Shown piece by piece: positions 32,151 to 42,506 of a DNA stretch of 64,000 nucleotides. Source of the DNA: an uncultured cyanobacterium (GTDB lineage: Bacteria > Cyanobacteriota > Cyanobacteriia > Pseudanabaenales > Pseudanabaenaceae). The stretch lies in contig OY969811.1 in assembly GCA_963703315.1 (NCBI GenBank), positions 2,112,001 through 2,176,000 on the forward strand. The letters are read 5' to 3'. The notes under the pieces were generated by a model that searched no databases, was not told the origin of the DNA, and was given only the letters and a program-made list of their open reading frames with translations. The translations under genes were made by a program, and so were the position numbers. Positions within the stretch are counted from its first letter, which is position 1; each line of letters opens with the position of its first letter.

Positions 32151-34526
32151 ATGCGATCGCTTGCTGCACTCATCAAAAACGCCTTACTTGACCTAGGTAT
32201 TAAAGTAAATGTCACGCTCAGGCAAAAGCATCAAGAATTACATATTTTATTGGAGTCTACTTATTTTGGCGATCGCCAATTGTTAGTGGAGGCGATCGCT
32301 AAATGTTGTCATGATTTTGATTATCGTGATATCAAAACAGCACGAATTTATGCATTTTGGTTTGGGCAGCCCTTACCGCAATGGATCGAAAAAATTGAAT
32401 TTGCCGTTGATGAGGTTGCCATAGATTTTGCGCAAAAAGAACCTCAATCTGAGAATTTAGCTGTCAATAAGGAAAGCACAATTTGCGATCGCTTCATTGT
32501 CTGTGGATTGGGGAGCCTCGGACAGCATTCTGTATTTAACTTAAAAAAGTTTGCCTATCGAGAATATGAAGTCAAAATTTGTGCGATCGACAAGGTACAG
32601 CCAGAGATTATGGAGTTTGATAATTTTTCAGAACTTCTGGATCAAGCAATTATTTTGGGAGATTGTCGTCGTTCAGAAGTTTTGATTAAGGCAGGAATTG
32701 ATAATTGTCGGGCGATCCTACTAGTTACTAGCAATGAGAATGTGAATATCGAAACTGCGATCGCTGCCCGTCGCCTCAATCCTAACGTGCATATTGTCGT
32801 GCGATCTTCCCGCCAAAATCTCAACCAATTACTAAAAGAGCAACTAGGAAACTTTGTCGCCCTCGATCCTGTCGATCTGCCTGCGGCAGCCTTTGCTGTA
32901 GCAGGATTAGGTGAAGGCACATTAGGATTGTTTCAACTAGGCGATCGCAAATTACGAGTAGTGGAATGCACAGTGGAAGCAGATAGCTATCGATTTTTGC
33001 GAACTCCCGCCTATCTACTCCACAAAAAGCATTCTCGCCTACTGAGTATTGCTGATCCCAACTCCGATCGCCTTTTCTTTCAATGGCAACCTGATCTGCT
33101 GATTGAAGTTGGAGAGAAAATAGCCTTTATTGAATATGTTGAGAATGATTTTACAGCGACTAGCCGCTATTCTCCCCTACCAGAACATCCTATTGATGAT
33201 CATCCTTCCGCATTTCAAAGACTGGCTCAACTAGTACAGCAAATTACAGGTTCAGGATTTTGGAAGTCTAAATGGCATCAGCTTAGCTCTTGGTTTCAAG
33301 CAGTGCGATCGCGCCGACTTGTTCTCTGGGGCATTATTACCGCAATTATCCTTTGGGGAATTAGCTCTATCATTTTATTCCTGAATGTGCCGAACCTTTC
33401 ATGGCAAAAGGCTATTTCCACAAGTATGATCTTGCTACTAGGCGGATTTGGTGATGTATTTGGTGGACTGGGTGAAGATCAAGTTCCTTTATGGGTAATG
33501 ATATTTTGCCTATTGGTTACTTTGATTAGCCTATTGTTTGTATTGGGAGTTTTGGGACTAATCGCTGACAGCATTCTCAGTGCTAAGTTTGAATTTTTTA
33601 AGCGATCGCTACCCTTGCCCACTCGCGATCATATTGTCCTGATTGGATTTGGCAGACTCGGACAGAGAATTGCCGATCTACTATTTAAGTTGCAACTTCC
33701 ATTTGTAATCGTCAGCGAAAATCCCCATGACTGTGATCTGGCGGACAAAGTACCTTGGGTCACTGGCAATATTATTGAAGAATTATCGAAGACTAATCTG
33801 GCTAGAGCGAAGAGTGTTCTTTCTGTTACCGATGATCAGATGCTGAATCTCGAAGCCGCCTTGCTAGCCCGTGATGCTGCCCAAAAGATTAATCGCCAGA
33901 TGAATCTCGCGATCCGTACCTACGATCGCTACTTTAGCGAAAATCTAGCCGAACTTCTCCCCAGTTCTCAATCATTGTGCGCCTATGCCCTGTCGGCTGA
34001 AGCCTTTGCAGGAGCAGCTTTTGGCGAAAATATGTTGAGTCTATTTCGCCTCAATCAACGCACGGTCTTAGTCGCTGAATATGTCATTGCTGAGAACGAT
34101 ACTTTAATTGGGAAAAATCTTTCGCAAATTGCCTATGGTTATACCGTTGTGCCAGTGTATTTAAAAACGGCACAACCAAAAGCTGATGGACATAGTGAGT
34201 TCTATATGCCATCCGATGATGAGGTGATGAAGGTAGGCGATCGCCTGACGATTTTAGCTTCCATTTCAGGACTACGGCGCATTGAGTTGGGCAATCTGCA
34301 TTCACCCAAACGTTGGCAATTACGCGCTAAGCCGCCTCTAAACTCTAGTGTGTTACTTGATGCTGGCAACAAGCTTAAAAATATTTCAGGTTGCGATCTC
34401 GAACTTGCCCGCCGATTTATGCAAAGTCTCCCTGCGGCGATCGAGCTTCCTATGTATGACCCGCAAGCCTATCGCTTAGGACAAGCTCTAATGAGACTCC
34501 TGCCAATCAAGATTTATCCTTTATAG
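32151..34526 (+). CDS. Potassium channel-like protein with two TrkA-N/RCK domains
   Basis: IVCGLGSLG and VLIGFGRLG Rossmann motifs; TM-pore-TM region with LGGFGD filter-like sequence. Confidence 0.85.
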   Translation: MRSLAALIKNALLDLGIKVNVTLRQKHQELHILLESTYFGDRQLLVEAIAKCCHDFDYRDIKTARIYAFWFGQPLPQWIEKIEFAVDEVAIDFAQKEPQSENLAVNKESTICDRFIVCGLGSLGQHSVFNLKKFAYREYEVKICAIDKVQPEIMEFDNFSELLDQAIILGDCRRSEVLIKAGIDNCRAILLVTSNENVNIETAIAARRLNPNVHIVVRSSRQNLNQLLKEQLGNFVALDPVDLPAAAFAVAGLGEGTLGLFQLGDRKLRVVECTVEADSYRFLRTPAYLLHKKHSRLLSIADPNSDRLFFQWQPDLLIEVGEKIAFIEYVENDFTATSRYSPLPEHPIDDHPSAFQRLAQLVQQITGSGFWKSKWHQLSSWFQAVRSRRLVLWGIITAIILWGISSIILFLNVPNLSWQKAISTSMILLLGGFGDVFGGLGEDQVPLWVMIFCLLVTLISLLFVLGVLGLIADSILSAKFEFFKRSLPLPTRDHIVLIGFGRLGQRIADLLFKLQLPFVIVSENPHDCDLADKVPWVTGNIIEELSKTNLARAKSVLSVTDDQMLNLEAALLARDAAQKINRQMNLAIRTYDRYFSENLAELLPSSQSLCAYALSAEAFAGAAFGENMLSLFRLNQRTVLVAEYVIAENDTLIGKNLSQIAYGYTVVPVYLKTAQPKADGHSEFYMPSDDEVMKVGDRLTILASISGLRRIELGNLHSPKRWQLRAKPPLNSSVLLDAGNKLKNISGCDLELARRFMQSLPAAIELPMYDPQAYRLGQALMRLLPIKIYPL

Positions 34527-34619
34527 CTGATCGCCTTTTGCAAAACAACGAGTGACGGCGCTTCGCGTCGTCACTCGTTGTTATAACGAAAAGAGAGTCG
34601 CGCCGCGACTCTCTTTTCG

Positions 34620-37600
34620 TTATAACCAACTACCAATGAGGACAAAGGAAGACCAGAAGTAGGGATGTTTGATATTTGTGAGAAGGCTATTTGGGGGTAG
34701 AGAAACTACTGGCAGATTGGGAATACCAATAATTTTGTTATTCTTAATCTCTACTTCACCTTTTAAAATTGCCAATTGAGCCTTTTGTAAGGCGATCGCT
34801 TTACTCGGTGCATCTTTAAAACGACTATAAAAACTCAGCATTAAAGGAACAGTACCCGCATCACTAACTTGCCAAAGAGAAGCTAAAACACTATTAGCAC
34901 CTGAATTTACAGCTAGTCCTCCAAGACCAAGATTATTACCCACTGCGGTTTGACAAGCACTCAATGTTAACATTTCCACATTGAGGTTAAGAGCGGGAAT
35001 TTGTTTAATATTGATGCGTTCATTGTAAAGTTGAATGAATGTACTATCAGCTTTGCTACTTACAAACTGGGCATGAGTTGCAAAATGGATAATTCCATAC
35101 TTCTTTTTCTGTCTCTGCAATTTGATGTTCTCAACTGTAAAAGCTTCATTCAAAAAAGCATCACCACTGAGTAAAGCTGGTTTTTGCATATTGCCAACGA
35201 GATTTTGGATCTCAGTACCTACCGCAGGTAATGCTGCAAATCCTTGCACAGCATCAGTTAACCCCATCGCTAATACTTGATTATTTGTGCGATCGCGGTT
35301 TTCTAGCTGCACTAACTGAAAACTAGGTACACTAGCGATCGCATATCTCTCAATTAGAAACTGTTTACCATCATGGAGTACTCCCACTGGAATCACCCGC
35401 AAATCTCCATCCATGACAAAAACGAGAGTGCTAATTTTTTGAGATTGGAGTACTGTATCAATCGGTTTAATGAGCCAATTGTAGAGTTTTTGAGCCTCAT
35501 CAAGATAGTCATCACTCTTTTGATCGAGTAGATTAGCTCGAAATTCAGCTATGACTGGAATGAGAATGTCTTTGGGACTATTGGCAACCTTTTTATGAAT
35601 GATTTTTCCATCTGGAAATACAACGGATATCTCTAGCCGATCGCCTTGCATGACAGGATAAACTAGTGCAGTCTGACTGCCTGTGAGTTTGGAAATCCTA
35701 GCTAATTGGGGTGCTGGTGCTTGGTCTAAAGGTGTTAAAGTTCTCTCTGTAAAAGCTTCTAGTTCAGAAATATAACGAGATTCAATTCTAGAAATTATCT
35801 CTAGTTCTTGATTACAATTAACAGTACAGCTTGGCAGTGGAGGTATTGGCTTAGTACAGTTAGTAATACATTCTATCGTGGGCGTGGGTGTTGGCGTTGG
35901 CGTTGGCGTTGGCGTTGGTGTCGGTGTTGTCGCTACATATTCAAAAGCACCGATATCGCGAATACCATTAGCAGCCGTACCAATTTGGTCGGTTGTGGTT
36001 GGAGTTGCTCCCCCTGCGGTGCTACTAGCATTAATGGCAATGCTTCCAGTCGTAAGGGCAAAGGTCTGAGTAGCACCGCCATTATTCGCAAGAGTAGTAT
36101 TAATCACCGTATTAGCTGCACCAGTTGGCACAATGGGAGTTCCCCCCGTAAATGAACCACTAATTCCATTTGATCCATTCGTGCCAATAATATTTGCGCC
36201 TGTAAAGTTGAAAGTACCGAAATTTGAAATTTCTTGTCCAGTTGATGCAGTGTTCCCAATTACAATGCTATTGGAAATCGTAGCATTGCTACTAGCTAAG
36301 TTGAGAATAGCACCACCAAAATTTGTTGCCGAATTGCCAAATAAGGTGCTGTTAGCCATTGTCCATGTTCCATTACTGCCATAAATAGCGCCTCCATTAT
36401 TTGCTGCATTGCTAGCAAAAGTACTGTTGGAAATCGCAGACGATGCTGTATTGTTAGCGATCGCACCGCCACTGTTAGTTGCTGAATTCCCAGAAAAAGT
36501 GCTGCTAGAGATGGTTGCGGTTCCATTATCGTTAGCAAATGCACCGCCAATATTTAGTGATGAATTCCCAGAGAAAGTACTGTTGCTGATTGTGGCTGTA
36601 CCCGTCTGATTGGCGATCGCACCACCACTATTGGTTGCCGAATTTCCAGAAAAAGTGCTATTGGCGATCGCCGCATTGATATTATTGATGTAAATAGCGC
36701 CGCCATTTGTTGCCGAGTTGTTAGAGAAAGTACTATTGGCGATCGTGAGTGTTCCATTAGATGTGTTAATAGCACCGCCCCGAAAGCTTGCCGAATTATT
36801 AGAGAAAGTGCTGTTGGTAATGGTGACCACACCACTGCTTGATATAGCACCACCGCTACTTAGTGAAGAATTTCCAGAGAAATTGCTGTTGTTGATATTG
36901 ATGACTGAGCCTGTATTCAGCAATATGCCCCCACCATTATTTGAATCAGAATATCCATTAGCCACAGTCAAATTATTCATATTGACAACGCTGTTTGTGA
37001 CATTCCCAATGTTAAAAATTTGAAAAGCATTGTTGCCGCTAACTGTTGTATTTGCTGCCCCTACACCATTCAGGGTGAGATTTTTATTGATAGTAATTGT
37101 TGAGCCTAACGTATAGGTTGCTGCTGCCAGATTAACCGTTCCACCAATCGCTACAGCATCTAAACCGTTCTGCACCTTCCCCCCAGCACCAACATTCACA
37201 GTCGTCGCAGTCCCTGACAATACACCTCCAGTAAAGAGAATAATCGGCGCATTAAGATTAGTTGTCGGTGCTGTCAGTGTCAAATTACTTGGCAAAAAAT
37301 TGCCACTCGCATCGATCGCCGCATTAACTGTTATCGAATTTGTGGCAGTCAAATTGACATTAGTAGAATAGAGCGCAGCCACAATCGTTGAGCTATCGAT
37401 GGTGCTATCACCCGTACTGTTATCCCCAAACATATCAATCGAACCCGTTCCACCACTTCCCACGACTGTTAAATCCGTCGGATCAAGTAGCCAAGTTCCA
37501 AAAGTACCTTGCAGAGCCGAAGTATTTACGGATGCAGTATTGCCAATAGAGAGATTAATTTTGCCAGAAGTCTCAACTAAGCCCCCATTACCACTCAGAG

Positions 37601-38705
37601 AGCCACCCTTTGCGGAGATCGTACCATCGAAAGCAGTCGTACCATCCGACCAGACAATGACTTTACCGCCATTACCCGTCGTCAAAGCATCAGCATAAAT
37701 AGAGCTGTTAGCATTAACCGTCGTAAATATAGACGTAGGCGTAGTGCCAGTACCTTGATAGTCTCCACCAATCAAAACTGTGCCGCCGCCATTAGTTCCA
37801 GACGCATTAATATTGGCATTGACTAAACTGACATCATTTCCCAAAACTTGGACATTACCACCGTTATTACCTGAAGTATCCAAGTTTCCCGAAGCGATCG
37901 CGGTTCCTGCGGACTTACCCGTAAGTAAACTCGGTAAATTTACCCCCTGTAACACTGGCGCATTCCCCAGAGCTTGTTGATCCGCGATCGGTAATTCCAG
38001 ACTAAGGACATTGCCCTCATTGGTGATTTTGATAAATTTGTTGTCAGGTGTGGCGGCGATCGTGATTTTGCCTGACGATGCAGCGATCGTGCCTGTGTTT
38101 ACAACCATGCCCCCAACGAGAGTGACACTTTTGCCAGTATTGACACTCAGATTTCCCTGATTCAGGATTACACCAGATGTTGAGCCGAAACTTGGCAAAG
38201 TGCTAGTAAAACCATAGCCATTAATATTTCCAGTCAATTGACTAATATCATTAACATTGCTGTTGATACCAAACCAGCCATTTCCTACTTGAATCCCTGT
38301 TGCTGTCGTTGCCGAGAAATTGGCTGGTACATTTAAACTTGCATTAGCTCCAAAGATGATTCCCGCAGGGTTCAGAATAAACAGATTAGAATTTCCCCCT
38401 GTCACTTGGATTAATCCATTGATTACAGAAGCTTCCCCTCCAGTAACACGAGTTAAAATATTCTGAACGCTGGGATTGCTCAGAAAGTTAGCAATTTCTC
38501 CTGCTGATAGTCCTAGTTTTTGCAAGCTATGGAATAAGTTTGTACCTGCTTGAGTCCCACCAGAAATATTGTATTGATTCCCTATTTGATTAACATTTGT
38601 ATTTAGTCCATCATTGGCAGGCGTAATGTTTTGAGCAACGACACTATTCGCTGAAATCAATGTAAATGATGCAAGAATAAACCTGAGAGAATGCTTTACA
38701 ATCAT
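34620..38705 (-). CDS. Filamentous haemagglutinin N-terminal (TPS) / beta-helix / CHAT domain protein
   Basis: NLFHSL, NLFILNPAGIIFG TPS motif, WLLDP, repeated FSGNSA..GGAI repeats, PT linker, CHAT motifs HFATHA and TLSACQT. Confidence 0.9.
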   Translation of the reverse strand: MIVKHSLRFILASFTLISANSVVAQNITPANDGLNTNVNQIGNQYNISGGTQAGTNLFHSLQKLGLSAGEIANFLSNPSVQNILTRVTGGEASVINGLIQVTGGNSNLFILNPAGIIFGANASLNVPANFSATTATGIQVGNGWFGINSNVNDISQLTGNINGYGFTSTLPSFGSTSGVILNQGNLSVNTGKSVTLVGGMVVNTGTIAASSGKITIAATPDNKFIKITNEGNVLSLELPIADQQALGNAPVLQGVNLPSLLTGKSAGTAIASGNLDTSGNNGGNVQVLGNDVSLVNANINASGTNGGGTVLIGGDYQGTGTTPTSIFTTVNANSSIYADALTTGNGGKVIVWSDGTTAFDGTISAKGGSLSGNGGLVETSGKINLSIGNTASVNTSALQGTFGTWLLDPTDLTVVGSGGTGSIDMFGDNSTGDSTIDSSTIVAALYSTNVNLTATNSITVNAAIDASGNFLPSNLTLTAPTTNLNAPIILFTGGVLSGTATTVNVGAGGKVQNGLDAVAIGGTVNLAAATYTLGSTITINKNLTLNGVGAANTTVSGNNAFQIFNIGNVTNSVVNMNNLTVANGYSDSNNGGGILLNTGSVININNSNFSGNSSLSSGGAISSSGVVTITNSTFSNNSASFRGGAINTSNGTLTIANSTFSNNSATNGGAIYINNINAAIANSTFSGNSATNSGGAIANQTGTATISNSTFSGNSSLNIGGAFANDNGTATISSSTFSGNSATNSGGAIANNTASSAISNSTFASNAANNGGAIYGSNGTWTMANSTLFGNSATNFGGAILNLASSNATISNSIVIGNTASTGQEISNFGTFNFTGANIIGTNGSNGISGSFTGGTPIVPTGAANTVINTTLANNGGATQTFALTTGSIAINASSTAGGATPTTTDQIGTAANGIRDIGAFEYVATTPTPTPTPTPTPTPTPTIECITNCTKPIPPLPSCTVNCNQELEIISRIESRYISELEAFTERTLTPLDQAPAPQLARISKLTGSQTALVYPVMQGDRLEISVVFPDGKIIHKKVANSPKDILIPVIAEFRANLLDQKSDDYLDEAQKLYNWLIKPIDTVLQSQKISTLVFVMDGDLRVIPVGVLHDGKQFLIERYAIASVPSFQLVQLENRDRTNNQVLAMGLTDAVQGFAALPAVGTEIQNLVGNMQKPALLSGDAFLNEAFTVENIKLQRQKKKYGIIHFATHAQFVSSKADSTFIQLYNERINIKQIPALNLNVEMLTLSACQTAVGNNLGLGGLAVNSGANSVLASLWQVSDAGTVPLMLSFYSRFKDAPSKAIALQKAQLAILKGEVEIKNNKIIGIPNLPVVSLPPNSLLTNIKHPYFWSSFVLIGSWL
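35878..35932 (-). repeat. Hexamer tandem repeat encoding a (TP)n linker
   Basis: (GTTGGC)n-type run translating to TPTPTPTPTPTPTPTPT. Confidence 0.85.
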
Positions 38706-38779
38706 TGGTTTTTGCAGGATAAATTTCAGTTATAACTACCGCCATTTGCATCAGGATACTATAGCGGTAGCCAGTTAAG

Positions 38780-38876
38780 TATAGCTGTCGCGATTTGTAC
38801 TAGGACAAATGAAGGGCAAGGTGTGGCGCTTCGCGCCGCATCTTGCTCGATCCTAATAAAACTGGCGACAGCTATA
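38780..38876. mobile_element. MITE-like element family C (TATAGCTGTCGC terminal inverted repeats)
   Basis: 12-bp perfect TIR including TA ends; central GCTTCGC hairpin; a partial end of another copy at 38760-38780. Confidence 0.7.
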
Positions 38877-38991
38877 TTAATTTTCAATCAACTTTTATAG
38901 TCATCAATACTCTGTCAAGTTATCTTAAAGATTAGAGTATGTTGCTTGGCAGTATAACTCTAAGTGTCAATTTATTGAGGTTTTACAAATT

Positions 38992-40476
38992 TTGATTACA
39001 GCTACACCGTCAAGCTTTGTCACCTCTGATTTTCCCGCCATCTGCGGTAACGAAGAAGTAATTCAACTTGCTGTCCAAGAAGATGCCCCTGTCTTTCTAG
39101 ATCATCAGAATCTCTGCCTCGAAGAGATTACTTCTGCTTTTGCTTGTGCTTTGCATATGCATCAACCTACGATTCCCGCAGGAGCAAATGGAGCGCTAAT
39201 TTGTAACCTTCAGAATATGTTTGAACATCAAGGTGAAGGTGATAATCATAACGCTTCTGTATTTGCGTGGTGCTATAGCCGTATGGGTGACTTCATTCCG
39301 CAGCTAGTTGCACAGGGGAGCAATCCTCGGATTATGTTGGACTATTCGGGCAATTTGCTTTGGGGCTTGCAGCAGATGCAACGCCATGACATTTTGGATA
39401 ATCTCAAACGGATTACCTGCGATCGCCAATATCAGCCCTATGTCGAATGGCTAGGAACAATGTGGAGTCATGCCGTGATTCCATCTACTCCCATTCCTGA
39501 TATTAAGTTACATATTCAAGCATGGCAAAGTCATTTTGCTTCGATATTTGGAATTGATGCCCTCAAGCGCGTTAAAGGTTTTTCACCCCCTGAGATGCAT
39601 CTTCCCAATCATCCTGATACCCTCTATGAATATATCAAAGCGCTCAAAGAATGTGGTTATCGTTGGCTGATGGTGCAGGAGCATTCTGTAGAATGTCTAG
39701 ATGGTTCAGGATTAACTCAAGATCAGAAATATATACCAAATCGTTTAGTGGCAAGGAATTCTCAGGGTGAATCCATTAGTATCACAGCGCTGATTAAAAC
39801 TCAAGGCTCTGATACCAAACTTGTTGCCCAGATGCAGCCTTACCATGAGGCAAAGGGTCGTGGCAGACAGATGCTTGGTAATATCTCTGTACCTTCGCTA
39901 GTTACCCAAATTGCCGATGGAGAGAATGGCGGTGTAATGATGAATGAATTCCCCCGTGATTATCCTTTAGTTTGGGATCAGCTTAAAAATAATGGTCGTG
40001 GCACTTCAGGAGTGGTCGGGCTAAATGGAACTGAGTATTTAGAACTAATTGAAGCGGCAGGTGTCAGTCCGCTCGATTATCCTGAAGTTCAGGCAGTGCA
40101 ACAACACAAAGTGTGGAATAAGATTGATCAAATGGGCGATCGCCAAAATCTCAATCCTGCTGCTGTAGAACAGGCAATTAAGGAACTCAAAGCGAATGAC
40201 CATCAATTTCACATGGATGGAGCGTCATGGACAAATAGTATGAGTTGGGTCAATGGTTATGAAAATGTATTAGAACCAATGAACCAACTCAGTGCCAAGT
40301 TCCATGAAAAATATGATGCGTTGGTAGCGCAAGATCCTGCGACTACTAAGCGATCGGACTATCAGCAAGCCTTGCTTTACAATCTCCTCGTCCAAACTAG
40401 TTGCTTCCGTTATTGGGGACAGGGAACTTGGACAGACTATGCCCGCGAACTCTATCGGCGCGGTGAAGCTTTGTAG
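38992..40476 (+). CDS. Glycoside hydrolase family 57 protein
   Basis: ALHMHQP, GFSPPEM, DGENGGVMMNEF, GASWTN, TSCFRYWG. Confidence 0.88.
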   Translation: MITATPSSFVTSDFPAICGNEEVIQLAVQEDAPVFLDHQNLCLEEITSAFACALHMHQPTIPAGANGALICNLQNMFEHQGEGDNHNASVFAWCYSRMGDFIPQLVAQGSNPRIMLDYSGNLLWGLQQMQRHDILDNLKRITCDRQYQPYVEWLGTMWSHAVIPSTPIPDIKLHIQAWQSHFASIFGIDALKRVKGFSPPEMHLPNHPDTLYEYIKALKECGYRWLMVQEHSVECLDGSGLTQDQKYIPNRLVARNSQGESISITALIKTQGSDTKLVAQMQPYHEAKGRGRQMLGNISVPSLVTQIADGENGGVMMNEFPRDYPLVWDQLKNNGRGTSGVVGLNGTEYLELIEAAGVSPLDYPEVQAVQQHKVWNKIDQMGDRQNLNPAAVEQAIKELKANDHQFHMDGASWTNSMSWVNGYENVLEPMNQLSAKFHEKYDALVAQDPATTKRSDYQQALLYNLLVQTSCFRYWGQGTWTDYARELYRRGEAL

Positions 40477-40682
40477 TTCTCTTTGTAATCCAAAGTCGGC
40501 ATTTAGTGCCGACTACTAGGTGAACTGGTTTCTGTAGTTTTGCAGTCTTAAGATATTTTTTCTTAGACTATTTTGTTTTTTCAGAATTTCCTGTCTGTGG
40601 AGTTAATAGCCTTTTATTTTTATAACTGATGACATATCCTAGAATCATATAAATCATATAACTGATGTATAGAAAAGTGTAA

Positions 40683-41060
40683 ATGAATAAAAGAAAAGAT
40701 GCCAGATCCTTGCTACTCATTTCAGTGTGCCACTATATATATGGTGGTATGTTTCTAGTGCTTTGTATGGCAATCGTTTTATTGAATTTAGATGGCATAA
40801 AAAGCATGATTGATGCAATACCCAAAACAACGACAGTATTAATTTTCTTGGGTATTTTATTAATTATTCTTTTAACTTTCTCTATTTGTTTAATCACATC
40901 AGGCTATTTCATATACAAAAGAAAACGCTATCAATTTAGTTGGAATGTTGCACAGATGTTGATCGCCGTTTTCCCTTGGGGGACAATATTAGGATTTTTT
41001 ACTCTTTATGTCCTATCAAAGGAATCTACAAAGTCTTTGTATGAAATAAAGAGACAATAG
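40683..41060 (+). CDS. Small AT-rich membrane protein
   Basis: Three hydrophobic segments; FPWGTILGFFTLYVL..ES.K.LY C-terminal motif. Confidence 0.7.
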   Translation: MNKRKDARSLLLISVCHYIYGGMFLVLCMAIVLLNLDGIKSMIDAIPKTTTVLIFLGILLIILLTFSICLITSGYFIYKRKRYQFSWNVAQMLIAVFPWGTILGFFTLYVLSKESTKSLYEIKRQ

Positions 41061-41105
41061 AACATTAATCTTGGCAAAATTTCCCTAGAATCCTATGCGA
41101 TCGCG

Positions 41106-41200
41106 GCACTGGTCATTTAGTGAGGGATAAGTGCTGAAATGCACATTTCATGCCGACAAAAAGACGTAAACACGTCGATCAAGATTTAGCTGACCAGTGC
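41106..41200. other. Structured non-coding segment closed by a 10-bp inverted repeat (candidate ncRNA or degenerate MITE)
   Basis: GCACTGGTCA...TGACCAGTGC with two internal hairpins. Confidence 0.35.
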
Positions 41201-41273
41201 TGATTTGCCAATTGATGCAATTTGTGAAAATGTTGCGTCAAATGTCGAACAGGCGATCGCTTGTTCTGCCAAA

Positions 41274-41387
41274 TCAGGGCTTACGCAAAAGAACGAAATG
41301 TAGGGGCTTAGCATTTGTGCCACAATCTAAAAAAACACCACAGAAATCTCGATCCACAAATGCTAAGCCCTCTGTGCTTATCCCTGA
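41274..41387. repeat. Small dispersed repeat with AGGGCTTACGCA-type end and internal GTAG-REP-like inverted repeat
   Basis: tcagggcttacgca...tgcttatccctga; inner gggcttagcatttgtg/cacaaatgctaagccc; same left end at about 43535. Confidence 0.55.
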
Positions 41388-41445
41388 GTTGCAAGGTTTG
41401 GGGTAGACAAAGCGCTAATATCTTCACAGATGACAAGGTATATCT

Positions 41446-41862
41446 ATGAGCCGTTATCCTAAACGCGATCGCCTGATTGAAAAGCCAGAACAAATATCGC
41501 GTGACTCGACGCAAGAGCGCATTGAGATGTTTTTTTGCTTAATGCCAGTTTTCGGGCTGATCCCCTCGGCGATCGCTTTGGTGCGTCAGAGAAGTAGTCG
41601 TAAAGTACGCGATGTTAGCCAAGTGGCGATCGCTTTGATGATTACTTGGGCGATCGCCTATAGCTCGATGGGCAGTACAGATGGTGTGCAAGTTACTACC
41701 GAATTACTTAAAGCATCCTTAAGTTCAGGCTACTTTGCTGTTTGTATGTATTTGATGTATCGGTTATACCGCCATCAGGCGATCGCTTTGCCTTGGTTGA
41801 GTAGCATTTTAGAAAGTAAAGAATCGCGATCGGCAAAACGTGATCAAAAGCCTGATAATTAA
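41446..41862 (+). CDS. Hypothetical membrane protein
   Basis: 138 aa, three hydrophobic segments, HIP1-rich like native genes. Confidence 0.7.
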   Translation: MSRYPKRDRLIEKPEQISRDSTQERIEMFFCLMPVFGLIPSAIALVRQRSSRKVRDVSQVAIALMITWAIAYSSMGSTDGVQVTTELLKASLSSGYFAVCMYLMYRLYRHQAIALPWLSSILESKESRSAKRDQKPDN

Positions 41863-41943
41863 AACCTGTTTACACAAATCGATGATTAGTAATGCTTGGC
41901 ATTGTTAATCATCGCCAGACTTAAATTTCAGGAGGATAATTTT

Positions 41944-42369
41944 ATGGCTTTACAAAATGGTAGACGTGCGGCTGGAGGTTTTATCAAAGACTTTCAGGCT
42001 TTTATCTTAAAAGGCAATGTGATCGATCTCGCGGTTGCGGTCATCATTGGTGGTGCATTCGGTAAAATTGTCACTTCTTTAATTGAGGACATCATCACGC
42101 CTGTATTGCTAAATCCTGCACTTAAAGCTGCCAATGTTGAGGATCTAGCCAAGCTCCAATTTAATGGTGTCAAGTACGGTGTGTTTCTTGCCGCCGTAAT
42201 TAATTTTCTAGTGATCGCCTTTGTGATCTTCTTGATTATTCGTTCCTTTGAAGCGGCAAAGCGCAAAGAAAAGCGTGAAGAAGAGGCAACCCCTGAGGTT
42301 AAGCCCGATCCTCAAGAACGCTTGACTCTAGCGGTTGAACGCTTAGCCGAAGTGATGGAATCCAAATAG
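41944..42369 (+). CDS. mscL: Large-conductance mechanosensitive channel
   Basis: FILKGNVIDLAVAVIIGGAFGKIVTSL and YG.FL.AVINFL; ATG 41944 preceded by AGGAGG. Confidence 0.95.
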   Translation: MALQNGRRAAGGFIKDFQAFILKGNVIDLAVAVIIGGAFGKIVTSLIEDIITPVLLNPALKAANVEDLAKLQFNGVKYGVFLAAVINFLVIAFVIFLIIRSFEAAKRKEKREEEATPEVKPDPQERLTLAVERLAEVMESK

Positions 42370-42506
42370 AATATATGGGGGTGCTTAGGGACTAAAGAAC
42401 CGATTTTTAGAAGCGCGGCTTCGCCGTACTTCTAAAAATAAGTCGCAAAAACCTTAGCACCCATATTATTTGATTGAGAAAGATACCTCTAGACTGCTTG
42501 CAAATC

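Noticed and set aside
41106..41200. Retron msr-msd or a known riboswitch
   Set aside because: No reverse transcriptase nearby, and no TPP, cobalamin, glycine, glutamine, fluoride or c-di-AMP consensus recognised.
41197..41514. Short ORFs 41197-41406 (+) and 41308-41514 (-)
   Set aside because: They run through a dispersed repeat, lack an RBS and show no recognisable motif.
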